Positions 28,042-37,963 of a stretch of DNA of 61,031 nucleotides are shown in pieces. This DNA comes from a virus (lineage: Duplodnaviria; Caudoviricetes), in IMG/VR virus record IMGVR_UViG_3300006920_000008, positions 1-61,031 of that record; one strand, 5' to 3'. Made by a program: the position numbers and the translations under genes. The first letter of the stretch is position 1. Every line of letters begins with the position of its first letter. The notes under the pieces are model-generated. The model was not told the DNA's origin and searched no databases. It saw nothing but the letters and a program-made list of their open reading frames with translations.

Positions 28042-28426
28042 TTTTCATAAATTTCTTGAAGAACAAAATATAGACTTAGAAACTCTTAATAATTATATTG
28101 ACTCTGAAGAGTTTGAGTCACAAGCAGGACCTGTTGTCGATTTTGGTAATAATAATTATGAAGTTAGAAATTCAAGCATTGAAGGTTTTGGAATTTTTGC
28201 AACAAAAGATTTTAATAAAGGAGAAGTTATTGGATATGGAACTCTTGACGGATGTAGAACTATAGCAGGTAGGTATACAAACCACTCTAAACATCCTAAT
28301 GCAGGATTTTATTATTTTAGAGATAATGAAAATATGATACTGTTAGCAAACGGGTACATCGAAGTAGACGAAGAAATTGTTGTTAATTACAGACACCATA
28401 CTGACACAAGAAAATATTATGAGTAA
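28034..28426 (+). CDS. SET-domain protein
   Basis: SSIEGFGIFATKD..KGE, RYTNHS..PN, I...EEIVVNY. Confidence 0.85.
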   Translation: MDDFHKFLEEQNIDLETLNNYIDSEEFESQAGPVVDFGNNNYEVRNSSIEGFGIFATKDFNKGEVIGYGTLDGCRTIAGRYTNHSKHPNAGFYYFRDNENMILLANGYIEVDEEIVVNYRHHTDTRKYYE

Positions 28427-28503
28427 GTATATTTATTGGGAAGATGAATGGAACGAACACGATGGTTCTCAGATTCCTATTAGAAAATCTAAAAGATTTA
28501 AAA

Positions 28504-28785
28504 ATGAAATCAAAAGAAATAAAATTAAAAATAATAGAAGCAGGTCACAGGGCAGTGGAACAACTGATAAAGGTGGCGAAGGAAGCGATTATTAAACAAG
28601 ACCCTGAGGATGACCTTTCTGCTGATAGATTAAAGAATGCAGCAGCTACTAAAAAATTAGCAATCTTTGATGCTTTTGAAATACTTAATCGTATAGAGGC
28701 TGAAAAGGATGCAATAGATTCATTAGAAAAAGGAACAAGTAAAACTGATACAAAACAAGGATTTGCAGAGCGAAGGTCTAAATAA
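28504..28785 (+). CDS. hypothetical, candidate terminase small subunit
   Basis: Helical 93-aa protein overlapping the terL start. Confidence 0.55.
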   Translation: MKSKEIKLKIIEAGHRAVEQLIKVAKEAIIKQDPEDDLSADRLKNAAATKKLAIFDAFEILNRIEAEKDAIDSLEKGTSKTDTKQGFAERRSK

Positions 28786-30991
28786 CTTATTTATAACCCT
28801 TAATGGTGTTGTACCAAAAAATGTTTTAAAGTCTAAGAACAAGGCTAAAACGTGGAAATATGGGTATGACACTAAGTATGAGTTTGTAGTTATTTCTAAG
28901 ACAGGTCAGATTGGCGAGGTTATCAGTATAAGTGGATTAAAGGTAGCGTTACCATTAGAACCAAAAAAGTGTCTTCAAAGACACAAAAACCCTAAAGAAC
29001 AATATTGGGAAAGAGAAGACCTTCCTAAGCAATTAAATAAAATACAATCTATATTTCAGTGGAATGAAATGTCATCTGAATTCAAAGACAGATGGGTGGA
29101 TTATATTGAGGAAGAGTTTGATAGAAGGGAGCAAGGTTTATGGTTTATGTCCAATGGTAAACCAACATACATAACCGGAGCACATTATATGTATCTGCAA
29201 TGGACAAGTATAGATGTGGGTTATCCGGACTTTAGAGAAGCTAATAGAATATTGTTTCTTTATTGGGAAGCATCAAAGGCAGACACAAGGAGTTTTGGAA
29301 TGATATACTTAAAGATAAGACGTTCAGGCTTTTCTTTTATGTCATCATCTGAATGTGTTAATACAGGGACACTTGTAAAAGATGCAAGAGTAGGTATATT
29401 ATCTAAGACAGGTTCTGATGCTAAAAAAATGTTTACAGATAAAGTAGTTCCTATAAACAGTAGGCTGCCGTTTTTCTTTAAACCTATTATGGATGGTATG
29501 GATAAGCCAAAAACAGAGTTGGCTTTTAGAATTCCTGCGGCAAAGATTACAAAGAAAAATATGTATGATACAACTAATGATGAGTTGTATGGGTTAGATA
29601 CTACTATTGATTGGAAGAACACAGATGATAACAGTTATGATGGTGAAAAATTATTATTATTAGTTCACGATGAAAGTGGTAAATGGACAAAGCCTAATAA
29701 CATTTTAAATAATTGGAGAGTTACCAAAACTTGTTTAAGGTTAGGTAGTAAAATTATAGGTAAATGTATGATGGGGTCCACATCAAATGCACTTGAAAAG
29801 GGTGGTGATAATTTTAAAAAACTATACACAGACTCTGATGTGGGAAAACGAAATGCAAATGGTCAAACCAAAAGCGGTATGTATTCACTTTTCATCCCTA
29901 TGGAATGGAATATGGAAGGGTTTATAGATAGGTATGGTATGCCTGTTTTTGATACACCGGAAGAACCTGTTGTTGGAATAGATAATCAATTAATACATCA
30001 AGGAGCAATTGATTATTGGAAAAACGAAGTTGACTCTTTAAAAAATGACCCTGATGCATTAAATGAATATTACAGACAATTCCCAAGAACTGAGTCTCAC
30101 GCATTTAGAGATGAAAGTAAACAGTCTCTTTTTAATCTAACTAAAATATATCAGCAAATAGATTACAATGATTCATTAATTATTGACCACCATATTACGA
30201 GAGGGTCATTGAGTTGGAAGAATGGAGTTAAAGATACTGAGGTAATATTTTCTCCAAATAATAGAGGAAGGTTTTTAGTTTCTTGGACCCCTAATAAGTC
30301 TTTACAAAACAGGGTTGATATAAGAAGAGGTATTAAGTATCCCGGCAATGAACACATAGGTGCATTCGGGTGTGATAGCTATGACATATCGGGTGTAGTT
30401 GGTGGTGGTGGCTCTAATGGAGCACTGCACGGGAAGACTATGTTTAGTATGGCTGAAGCACCAAGTAATGAATTTTTCTTAGAATACATAGCAAGACCAC
30501 AAACTGCAGAAATATTTTTTGAAGATGTTTTAATGGCTTGTGTGTTTTATGGTATGCCTATATTAATAGAAAACAATAAGCCTCGATTATTATATCATTT
30601 TAAAAACAGAGGGTATAGAGGGTTTTGTATGAATAGACCTGATAAGGCATATACTAAATTATCAAAAACTGAAAGAGAGTTGGGTGGAATACCTAACTCA
30701 AGTGAAGCAGTAAAACAAGCACACGCTTCTGCGATTGAATCTTACATTGAAACTAATATAGGTTTTAAAGATGATATGGAGATTGGAGATATGGTTTTTT
30801 CAAGAACTTTAGAAGATTGGGCAAAGTTTGATATTAGCAATAGAACTAAGTATGATGCTTCTATTAGTTCAGGCTTAGCAATTATGGCAACACAGAAACA
30901 CCTTTATTTACCTGAGAAAAAAGTTTCAAAAATAAAGGTTAACTTTGCAAGGTATAGTAACAAGGGCAAATATAGCGAAATTATTAGATGA
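28763..30991 (+). CDS. terL: terminase large subunit
   Basis: LKIRRSGFS (Walker A variant), LLVHDESGK (Walker B), MGST, FGCDSYD nuclease motif, IENNK; followed by portal and capsid. Confidence 0.85.
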   Translation: MQSEGLNNLFITLNGVVPKNVLKSKNKAKTWKYGYDTKYEFVVISKTGQIGEVISISGLKVALPLEPKKCLQRHKNPKEQYWEREDLPKQLNKIQSIFQWNEMSSEFKDRWVDYIEEEFDRREQGLWFMSNGKPTYITGAHYMYLQWTSIDVGYPDFREANRILFLYWEASKADTRSFGMIYLKIRRSGFSFMSSSECVNTGTLVKDARVGILSKTGSDAKKMFTDKVVPINSRLPFFFKPIMDGMDKPKTELAFRIPAAKITKKNMYDTTNDELYGLDTTIDWKNTDDNSYDGEKLLLLVHDESGKWTKPNNILNNWRVTKTCLRLGSKIIGKCMMGSTSNALEKGGDNFKKLYTDSDVGKRNANGQTKSGMYSLFIPMEWNMEGFIDRYGMPVFDTPEEPVVGIDNQLIHQGAIDYWKNEVDSLKNDPDALNEYYRQFPRTESHAFRDESKQSLFNLTKIYQQIDYNDSLIIDHHITRGSLSWKNGVKDTEVIFSPNNRGRFLVSWTPNKSLQNRVDIRRGIKYPGNEHIGAFGCDSYDISGVVGGGGSNGALHGKTMFSMAEAPSNEFFLEYIARPQTAEIFFEDVLMACVFYGMPILIENNKPRLLYHFKNRGYRGFCMNRPDKAYTKLSKTERELGGIPNSSEAVKQAHASAIESYIETNIGFKDDMEIGDMVFSRTLEDWAKFDISNRTKYDASISSGLAIMATQKHLYLPEKKVSKIKVNFARYSNKGKYSEIIR
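28969..28984. repeat. 16-bp palindromic motif, copy 9 (encodes CLQRH in terL)
   Basis: GTGTCTTCAAAGACAC. Confidence 0.95.
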
Positions 30992-33423
30992 AAAAAGTAA
31001 ACATAAATATATCATCTGCCGGATTTCCAAGCCAATTTGTATCTGATTCAGAAAAAGCTACTGATGAATTTGGATTACAAATAGGACAGGCTATTCAATA
31101 CGAATGGTTTAAAAAAGACGGCAGTGGTTGTAGATACTTTAGTCAGTGGAGAGACTTCAATAGACTAAGATTGTACGCAAGAGGTGAACAAGGTACAGGA
31201 AAATATAAAAACGAATTAGCAGTTGACGGAGATTTGTCTTATCTAAATTTGGATTGGACCCCCGTACCTGTATTACCTAAGTTTGTAGATATCGTAGTTA
31301 ACGGTATGCAAGATAGAGAGTTTAGTGTTAAGGCTTACGCACAAGATGCTATGTCTCAATCTAAAAGAAGTAAGTATCAACAAATGATTGAAGGGCAAAT
31401 GGTAGCTAAACCAATGCTCGAAACTATACAACAGAAGACCGGTGTCAATCCTTTTACTATGGAACCGGAGGACCTTCCTCAAACTGATGATGAGTTAAAG
31501 CTATATATGCAGTTGAACTATAAACCTGCAATTGAAATAGCAGAGGAAGAAGCGATTTCAACAATATTTGAAAGCAATAAATATAATGATATAAGAAAGC
31601 AGTTAGATTATGATTTAACTGTTTTAGGTGTTTCAGTAGCAAAGCACGAATTTTTACCCGGTGATGGGGTTAGACTTAAATATGTTGACCCTGCTAATGT
31701 TGTCTATAGCTATACAGAAGACCCGCACTTTAAAGATTGTTTCTATTGGGGAGAAATTAAAACAGTACCAATTACTGAGTTAATTAAAATTGACCCAACT
31801 TTAACTAACAATGATTTAGAAGAAATATCTTCATATGCACAAAGTTGGTTTGATTATTTTAATATAGCACAATATTATCAAAATGATATTTTCTATAAGG
31901 ATACTGCTACGTTAATGTACTTCAATTATAAGTCTACTAAAAAAGTCACTTATAAAAGAAAAGTAAAGGATAATGGTAATGTAACTATGGTGGAAAAGGA
32001 TGATACTTTTAATCCACCTATTGAAATGCAGGAAGAAGGAAACTTTGAAAAAGTTCAAAAAACAGTTGACGTATGGTATGAAGGGGTAATGGTTATGGGT
32101 ACTAACATTATTCTCAAGTGGGACTTGATGGAAAATATGGTTAGACCTCAATCAGCAACCCAACACGCTATACCAAATTATGTAGCAGTTGCACCAAGAA
32201 TGTATAAAGGTGTTATTGAATCTTTAGTAAGAAGAATGATACCTTTCGCTGATTTGATTCAGATTACACATTTAAAACTACAACAGGTTATAGCGAGAGT
32301 TGTACCTGATGGTGTGTTTATTGATGCTGATGGACTGAATGAAGTGGACCTTGGCACAGGGAATGCTTATAATCCCGAGGATGCTTTAAGGTTGTATTTT
32401 CAAACAGGTTCTGTTATTGGTAGAAGTTATACTCAAGAAGGAGACTTTAATCAAGCAAGAATTCCTATAAAAGAGTTACAGTCATCTTCGGGTGCATCGA
32501 AAACTCAAATGCTTTTAAGCAACTACAATCATTATTTAAACCAAATTAGATTAGTAACAGGGCTAAACGAAGCAAGAGATGGAAGCACACCTGACCCTAA
32601 CTCTTTGGTTGGGTTACAAAAGTTAGCTGCATTAAATTCAAATGTAGCGACAAGACATATTTTAGATGGAAGCTTATACATATATCGTAGTCTTGCTGAG
32701 GCAACTACATATAGAGTAGCTGACATTTTGCAATACTCTGACTTTAAAGAAGAATTTATAAACCAAATCGGTAAATACAACGTCTCTATATTAAGTGATA
32801 TAAATGATTTGTATATATATGATTTCGGAATATTTATTGAGTTAGCACCGGATGAAGAACAAAAACAACAATTGGAACAAAACATCCAAATGGCTTTATC
32901 TAAAGGTGATATTAATTTGGAGGATGCTATTGATATTCGTGAGATAAAAAATCTTAAACTTGCTAACCAACTTCTTAAAATGAAAAGGGTTTCTAAGCAA
33001 GAGAGAGATGAAAAAATGGCTATGCAGAAACAAGCTATGCAGTCTCAACAACAACTTAAGTCTCAAGAGATGGCAGTTCAGGCAGCACAGATGAAAGTGC
33101 AAATGGAGACAAAAGCAAAAATGGAGTTTAGACAAGCCGACATTGCTTTTGAAATAGAGAAATTAAAAGCTGAAGCACAATTGAAATCTCAATTAATGCA
33201 ACAAGAGTTTGACTTAAATATGCAATTAAGAAATGCAGATGCAGAATTATTACAAAGCAGAGAGAGTCAAAGAGAAGATGCAAAAGCAAAAAGAATTTCT
33301 CAAGCTAATACAGAGCAATCTAAAATGATTAACCAACGTAAAAATAATTTACCTCCGATTAACTTTGAATCAAACGAGGATAGTTTAGATGGGTTTGACC
33401 TTGCAGAATTTAACCCAAGGTAA
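30988..33423 (+). CDS. portal protein
   Basis: 811 aa after terL with a long Q-rich coiled-coil C-terminus (barrel). Confidence 0.8.
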   Translation: MKKVNINISSAGFPSQFVSDSEKATDEFGLQIGQAIQYEWFKKDGSGCRYFSQWRDFNRLRLYARGEQGTGKYKNELAVDGDLSYLNLDWTPVPVLPKFVDIVVNGMQDREFSVKAYAQDAMSQSKRSKYQQMIEGQMVAKPMLETIQQKTGVNPFTMEPEDLPQTDDELKLYMQLNYKPAIEIAEEEAISTIFESNKYNDIRKQLDYDLTVLGVSVAKHEFLPGDGVRLKYVDPANVVYSYTEDPHFKDCFYWGEIKTVPITELIKIDPTLTNNDLEEISSYAQSWFDYFNIAQYYQNDIFYKDTATLMYFNYKSTKKVTYKRKVKDNGNVTMVEKDDTFNPPIEMQEEGNFEKVQKTVDVWYEGVMVMGTNIILKWDLMENMVRPQSATQHAIPNYVAVAPRMYKGVIESLVRRMIPFADLIQITHLKLQQVIARVVPDGVFIDADGLNEVDLGTGNAYNPEDALRLYFQTGSVIGRSYTQEGDFNQARIPIKELQSSSGASKTQMLLSNYNHYLNQIRLVTGLNEARDGSTPDPNSLVGLQKLAALNSNVATRHILDGSLYIYRSLAEATTYRVADILQYSDFKEEFINQIGKYNVSILSDINDLYIYDFGIFIELAPDEEQKQQLEQNIQMALSKGDINLEDAIDIREIKNLKLANQLLKMKRVSKQERDEKMAMQKQAMQSQQQLKSQEMAVQAAQMKVQMETKAKMEFRQADIAFEIEKLKAEAQLKSQLMQQEFDLNMQLRNADAELLQSRESQREDAKAKRISQANTEQSKMINQRKNNLPPINFESNEDSLDGFDLAEFNPR

Positions 33424-33481
33424 CCGTCTAAAACTATAATAATTTTTGTGTAACTTTGTATAAAATTAAATTCAATTAAAT

Positions 33482-34612
33482 ATGGAAATAAAAGTAAGAG
33501 CAGTTGAAAGCAACGAAGAAAAGTCTATACAACAAGTTGAACAAGAGTTGTTAGATAAACACGAAGCACAACTAAATAACGAAACCACTCCTACACCTGA
33601 GACAGTAATTGTAAAGGAAGAAGTAGTTTCTAAAGAAGAGCCTAAGGCTGCAGAGCCTGAAGCAAAAGAAGAAATTAAAACTCAATCCTCAGAGTTAACC
33701 GAGGAAGATGTTCTTAAATTTATTGGTAATAGATATGGAAAAGAGTTTAAGTCTATTGACGAACTCAATCAACAGAGAGAGGAAGAACCTCTGCCTGAAG
33801 ATGTTTCTAAATATCTACAGTATAAAAAAGATACAGGTCGTGGATTCGATGACTTTGCAAAATTGCAAAAGAATTACGATGAAATGGAACCTGACAATTT
33901 GCTAAGAGAATATTTATCTGCAACAGAAAAAGGTTTGGATGCAGAAGATATTGAAGACTTAATGGAAGATTATCATTATGATGAAGATATAGATGATGAA
34001 AAATCCATTAAGAAAATAAAATTAGCAAAGAAAAAGACTATTGCGAAAGCCAAGGAGTTTTTTGAGAAGCAACAGGAAACATATAAAGTTCCTCTCGAGT
34101 CGAGAAGGGGTCCAATTCCTGAAGTGGAAAACGAAGACTACGAGGCATATAAACAATATATAGCTGAAGCGAAGACAGTTAATGAACAAAACGCTCTTAA
34201 GAGTGAGGTGTTCACGAAGAAGACTGACAATGTGTTTAGTGAGTTCAAAGGTTTTGAGTTTACGTTAGACGACAATAAAGTTTATTTTTCTCCCGGTGAT
34301 GCTGCTGAAATCAAGAAGACCCAAATGGACCCTTCTAACTTTATAAGAAAGTTTTTAGATGACAATGGGTTAATGAATGATGCAGGTGGTTATCACAGGT
34401 CATTAGCGATGGCGATGCACCCCGACAAATTTGCTAAGTTCTTTTATGAACAAGGTAAATCTGCTGCTGCTGAAGACACTATGAAGAAGTTAAAAAATGT
34501 AAATATGACGACTCGTAGTGCTCCTGAAGTATCATCAAAAGGAGGGATGCAAATAAAATCTTTAAGTAATGACTCAGGTCGTGGGTTAAAGATTAGGAAT
34601 AGAAATAAATAA
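33482..34612 (+). CDS. scaffolding protein
   Basis: Acidic and helical, between portal and capsid; TAACTTTG at 33451. Confidence 0.65.
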   Translation: MEIKVRAVESNEEKSIQQVEQELLDKHEAQLNNETTPTPETVIVKEEVVSKEEPKAAEPEAKEEIKTQSSELTEEDVLKFIGNRYGKEFKSIDELNQQREEEPLPEDVSKYLQYKKDTGRGFDDFAKLQKNYDEMEPDNLLREYLSATEKGLDAEDIEDLMEDYHYDEDIDDEKSIKKIKLAKKKTIAKAKEFFEKQQETYKVPLESRRGPIPEVENEDYEAYKQYIAEAKTVNEQNALKSEVFTKKTDNVFSEFKGFEFTLDDNKVYFSPGDAAEIKKTQMDPSNFIRKFLDDNGLMNDAGGYHRSLAMAMHPDKFAKFFYEQGKSAAAEDTMKKLKNVNMTTRSAPEVSSKGGMQIKSLSNDSGRGLKIRNRNK

Positions 34613-34635
34613 CGTTTAAAAAAAAAAGTAAAATT

Positions 34636-36087
34636 ATGAGTGTACAAGCAACTCCCGGTTTTGACTTACAACCAAGTGCTCAAAGAGTACCGCTTAAGTC
34701 AAACTATATTACTAATTTTGATTTCTTGAATCAGTATCTTCCTGATACTTATGAAAAGGAATTCGAAAGATATGGTAATAGAACAATCTCCTCATTCCTT
34801 AGAATGGTAGGAGCAGAAATGCCTTCTAACTCTGACCTTATTAAATGGGCAGAACAAGGAAGACTTCACACTAAATATGTAAACTGTACTACTGCTGCAC
34901 TTGCAGGAGATTTAGAGTTTACATTAACAGTGAATGATGCAGGTAACCCTGCTTTCAGTGCAAACAACAGTATCGCAATCAGAATTGGACAAACCGTAAT
35001 GGTGAGTGACAATGCAGGTGGTGGTTCAGTTAAATGTATTGTAACTGACGTAGATTACGCAGCACAAACTTTCAAGGTTGCAACTTATCCTGATACAGGT
35101 ATTCCTATTGCAGGTGCAGCAGCGAAGTTTACTGTATTCATTTACGGTTCTGAATTTAAAAAAGGTACTCACGGAATGAAAGGTTCTCTTGAGGCTGATG
35201 ACTTTATCTTCGAGAACTCTCCAATTATCATTAAAGATAAGTATGCAGTATCAGGTTCAGATATGGCTCAAATCGGTTGGGTAGAAATTACAACTGAAAA
35301 TGGAGCAAACGGATACCTATGGTATTTGAAGTCTGAGCACGAAACAAGACTTAGATTTGATGACTACTTGGAAACTTCTATGATTGAAGCAGTTCCTGCT
35401 GATGCAGCAGGTGGTGTTGCTACTCAAGCAGTAGTAGGTGCTGAAGATGTAGGTAACAAAGGTTCTGAAGGTATCTTCTACGTTGTTGAAGACAGAGGTA
35501 ACGTATGGGGTGGTGGAAACCCAACTACTCTTCCTGAGTGGGATACAGTTATTTCAAGACTTGACAAGCAAGGAGCAATCGAAGAAAACGTAATCTTTGT
35601 AGATAGAGATTTCTCTTTCGACATTGATGATATGCTTTCTGAGCAATCTTCTAATGCTGCAGGTGGTGTTTCTTACGGTCTATTTGACAACGAAAAAGAA
35701 ATGGCATTGAACTTAGGTTTCACAGGATTCCGTAGAGGATATGACTTCTACAAGTCTGATTGGAAATATCTAAACGACCCAACTATGAGAGGTGGTTTAG
35801 CATCAGGACCGGCAGGTGTTGGTGGCTCAGGTAGAGTTAATGGACTTTTAGTTCCTGCAGGTTCTACTTCAGTATACGACCAAGTGTTAGGTAAAAACGC
35901 TAAGAGACCATTCTTGCACGTTAGATATAGAGCTTCAGAAACTGAAGACAGACGTTACAAGACTTGGATTACAGGTTCTGCAGGTGGAGCAGAAACTTCA
36001 AGCTTAGATGCTATGGAGGTTCACTTCTTATCTGAAAGAGCAGTATGTACTTTAGGTGCTAACAACTTCTTCTTATTCCAAGATTAA
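34636..36087 (+). CDS. major capsid protein
   Basis: 483 aa; position after the scaffold; followed by a strong terminator. Confidence 0.8.
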   Translation: MSVQATPGFDLQPSAQRVPLKSNYITNFDFLNQYLPDTYEKEFERYGNRTISSFLRMVGAEMPSNSDLIKWAEQGRLHTKYVNCTTAALAGDLEFTLTVNDAGNPAFSANNSIAIRIGQTVMVSDNAGGGSVKCIVTDVDYAAQTFKVATYPDTGIPIAGAAAKFTVFIYGSEFKKGTHGMKGSLEADDFIFENSPIIIKDKYAVSGSDMAQIGWVEITTENGANGYLWYLKSEHETRLRFDDYLETSMIEAVPADAAGGVATQAVVGAEDVGNKGSEGIFYVVEDRGNVWGGGNPTTLPEWDTVISRLDKQGAIEENVIFVDRDFSFDIDDMLSEQSSNAAGGVSYGLFDNEKEMALNLGFTGFRRGYDFYKSDWKYLNDPTMRGGLASGPAGVGGSGRVNGLLVPAGSTSVYDQVLGKNAKRPFLHVRYRASETEDRRYKTWITGSAGGAETSSLDAMEVHFLSERAVCTLGANNFFLFQD

Positions 36088-36099
36088 GATGATTATATT

Positions 36100-36134
36100 G
36101 GGGGAGTGTCTTTAAAGACACTCTCCCTTTTTTT
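36100..36134 (+). terminator. terminator whose core is palindrome copy 10 (36106-36121, GTGTCTTTAAAGACAC)
   Basis: GGGGGA-GTGTCTT-TA-AAGACAC-TCTCCC-T7. Confidence 0.85.
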
Positions 36135-36158
36135 AAACTTTAATTAAATTTTATAATA

Positions 36159-36911
36159 ATGGCAAAAAAAACCAACAAGCAATTTGTAGCTAAGAGTTAC
36201 AAGCTTACAAGAAACCGAGCACCTTTATCTTTTATGCTGCCGGTTAGACACTCCAAAAGATTTTCACTATTACATTTTGATGACACAACAGGAACCAACA
36301 GGGAACTTCGTTATGCACGAAACCAAAAGTCTTGTTTTGTAGATGAGCAAGATGAGAATGCATTAATGGAACCCATTATCTTTGAAGATGGGTTTTTGCA
36401 CGTTGCTAAAGAGAATCAAGTTTTACAAGAATTTCTTCATTATCATCCATTAAATGGAAAGCAGTTTACTGAAATGGATAAAGCTAAAGATGCGGCAAAA
36501 GAGGTTGAAGACCTTATGGTGGAAGCAGATGCTTTAGCTGAAGCTAAAAAACTATCTATTGAGCAACTTGAAAATGTATGTAGAGTATTGTTTGGCACTG
36601 ATACCACTAAATTATCAACTGCTGAATTAAAAAGAGATGTATTAGTATTCGCAAGAAATAATCCTTCTGATTTCTTAGAGGTTATTAATGACCCTGATTT
36701 GAAATTTATGGGAACTATACAAAGATTATTTGACCAAGGTTTATTGACAACTCGTAAGAGCGGTAAAGAAGTTTGGTACAATACACCAACTAATAAAACC
36801 AAAATGCTAAATGTTCCTTTTGGAGCAGAAGCTGAGGATATGGCAGGTTCATTTTTACAAAGTGATGATGGATTAGAAGCACTTAAACACTTAGAGGGTT
36901 TATTGGATTAG
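36159..36911 (+). CDS. hypothetical protein (head region)
   Basis: 250-aa ORF. Confidence 0.75.
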   Translation: MAKKTNKQFVAKSYKLTRNRAPLSFMLPVRHSKRFSLLHFDDTTGTNRELRYARNQKSCFVDEQDENALMEPIIFEDGFLHVAKENQVLQEFLHYHPLNGKQFTEMDKAKDAAKEVEDLMVEADALAEAKKLSIEQLENVCRVLFGTDTTKLSTAELKRDVLVFARNNPSDFLEVINDPDLKFMGTIQRLFDQGLLTTRKSGKEVWYNTPTNKTKMLNVPFGAEAEDMAGSFLQSDDGLEALKHLEGLLD

Positions 36912-36934
36912 TAGTAATAATCACTTATTCTAAG

Positions 36935-36968
36935 AGAGGGGTCAGTTTTCTGACTCCTCTTTTTTTTT
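36935..36968 (+). terminator. intrinsic terminator
   Basis: AGAGGGGTCAG-TTTT-CTGACTCCTCT-T8. Confidence 0.85.
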
Positions 36969-36995
36969 CATTATCTTTGTAAAAAAGAATGACAG

Positions 36996-37961
36996 ATGAT
37001 AAATTCAGTTAGACAAACAGTAATGTCGGTACTGAATAAGAATAACTACGGATATATATCCCCATCGGATTTTAACTTATTTGCAAAACAAGCACAGTTA
37101 GATTTATTTGAAGATTATTTTTATTCTTACAACTATCAGATTAACAAAGAGAATGCTCGTAAATCAGGTACGGGTTATGCTGATATTACCAAAGGATTAG
37201 AGGAGGTTATTGATACATTTTCTGAAACTCTACCTTTAACTCAAAGTGTTGTAAATACTAATGGGTATTTTTTGCCATCTCTATTAACCACTAACAACGA
37301 TTACTACTTAATTAATAAAATGCTTATTAATAATAAAGTAATTACAAGTGGAACCACTACAAGTACCGTTGGTGGTCAAAATAAAATAGTAGATTCATCG
37401 GCAGACTTTAACGCAGATGGTGTAGAGATAGGAGATATAGTTGGTGTAGAAATAGGAAACATTGCTTATAATTTAGTTGTAACTGCAATAAACACAACGG
37501 GTGATGCTCTCACTGTTGCTCCAAATGTGGTAAATACATTCCCACTTACATATACCGTTTTTAAAGCAAGAACAGTAAAGGAAGCAGAGAAAGTTACGCA
37601 TAGCAAAATAACTATGCTTAACAACTCTATTCTTACTTCTCCGAATCTAACATACCCGGCTTATACGCAAGAGGCATTGGTGGGTGATATGTTCCCTTAT
37701 ACTATAAACAACCCGGGTCAAGTTATATGTCAATACATAAGGTTCCCTTATACACCAAATTGGACATACGTTACATTGATTAATGGAGAACCTTCGTTTG
37801 ATGAGAGTGCTGCTGATTATCAGGATTTTGAATTACCAAACGATGATGAGGTTAATTTAATAAATAAAATACTGCAATATGCAGGTATGTCTATAAGAGA
37901 AATAGGTGCAGTTCAATTCGCTCAGGCTGAAGAACAATCCAATAACCAAGAAGAGAAATAA
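36996..37961 (+). CDS. structural protein (head-tail adaptor-like)
   Basis: Position in the morphogenesis module; TATCTTTG at 36972. Confidence 0.65.
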   Translation: MINSVRQTVMSVLNKNNYGYISPSDFNLFAKQAQLDLFEDYFYSYNYQINKENARKSGTGYADITKGLEEVIDTFSETLPLTQSVVNTNGYFLPSLLTTNNDYYLINKMLINNKVITSGTTTSTVGGQNKIVDSSADFNADGVEIGDIVGVEIGNIAYNLVVTAINTTGDALTVAPNVVNTFPLTYTVFKARTVKEAEKVTHSKITMLNNSILTSPNLTYPAYTQEALVGDMFPYTINNPGQVICQYIRFPYTPNWTYVTLINGEPSFDESAADYQDFELPNDDEVNLINKILQYAGMSIREIGAVQFAQAEEQSNNQEEK

Positions 37962-37963
37962 TT

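Noticed and set aside
28419-28595. Possible small ORF MSKYIYWEDEW...
   Set aside because: Overlaps the candidate terminase small subunit by about 90 bp and has no recognisable motif; cannot be supported
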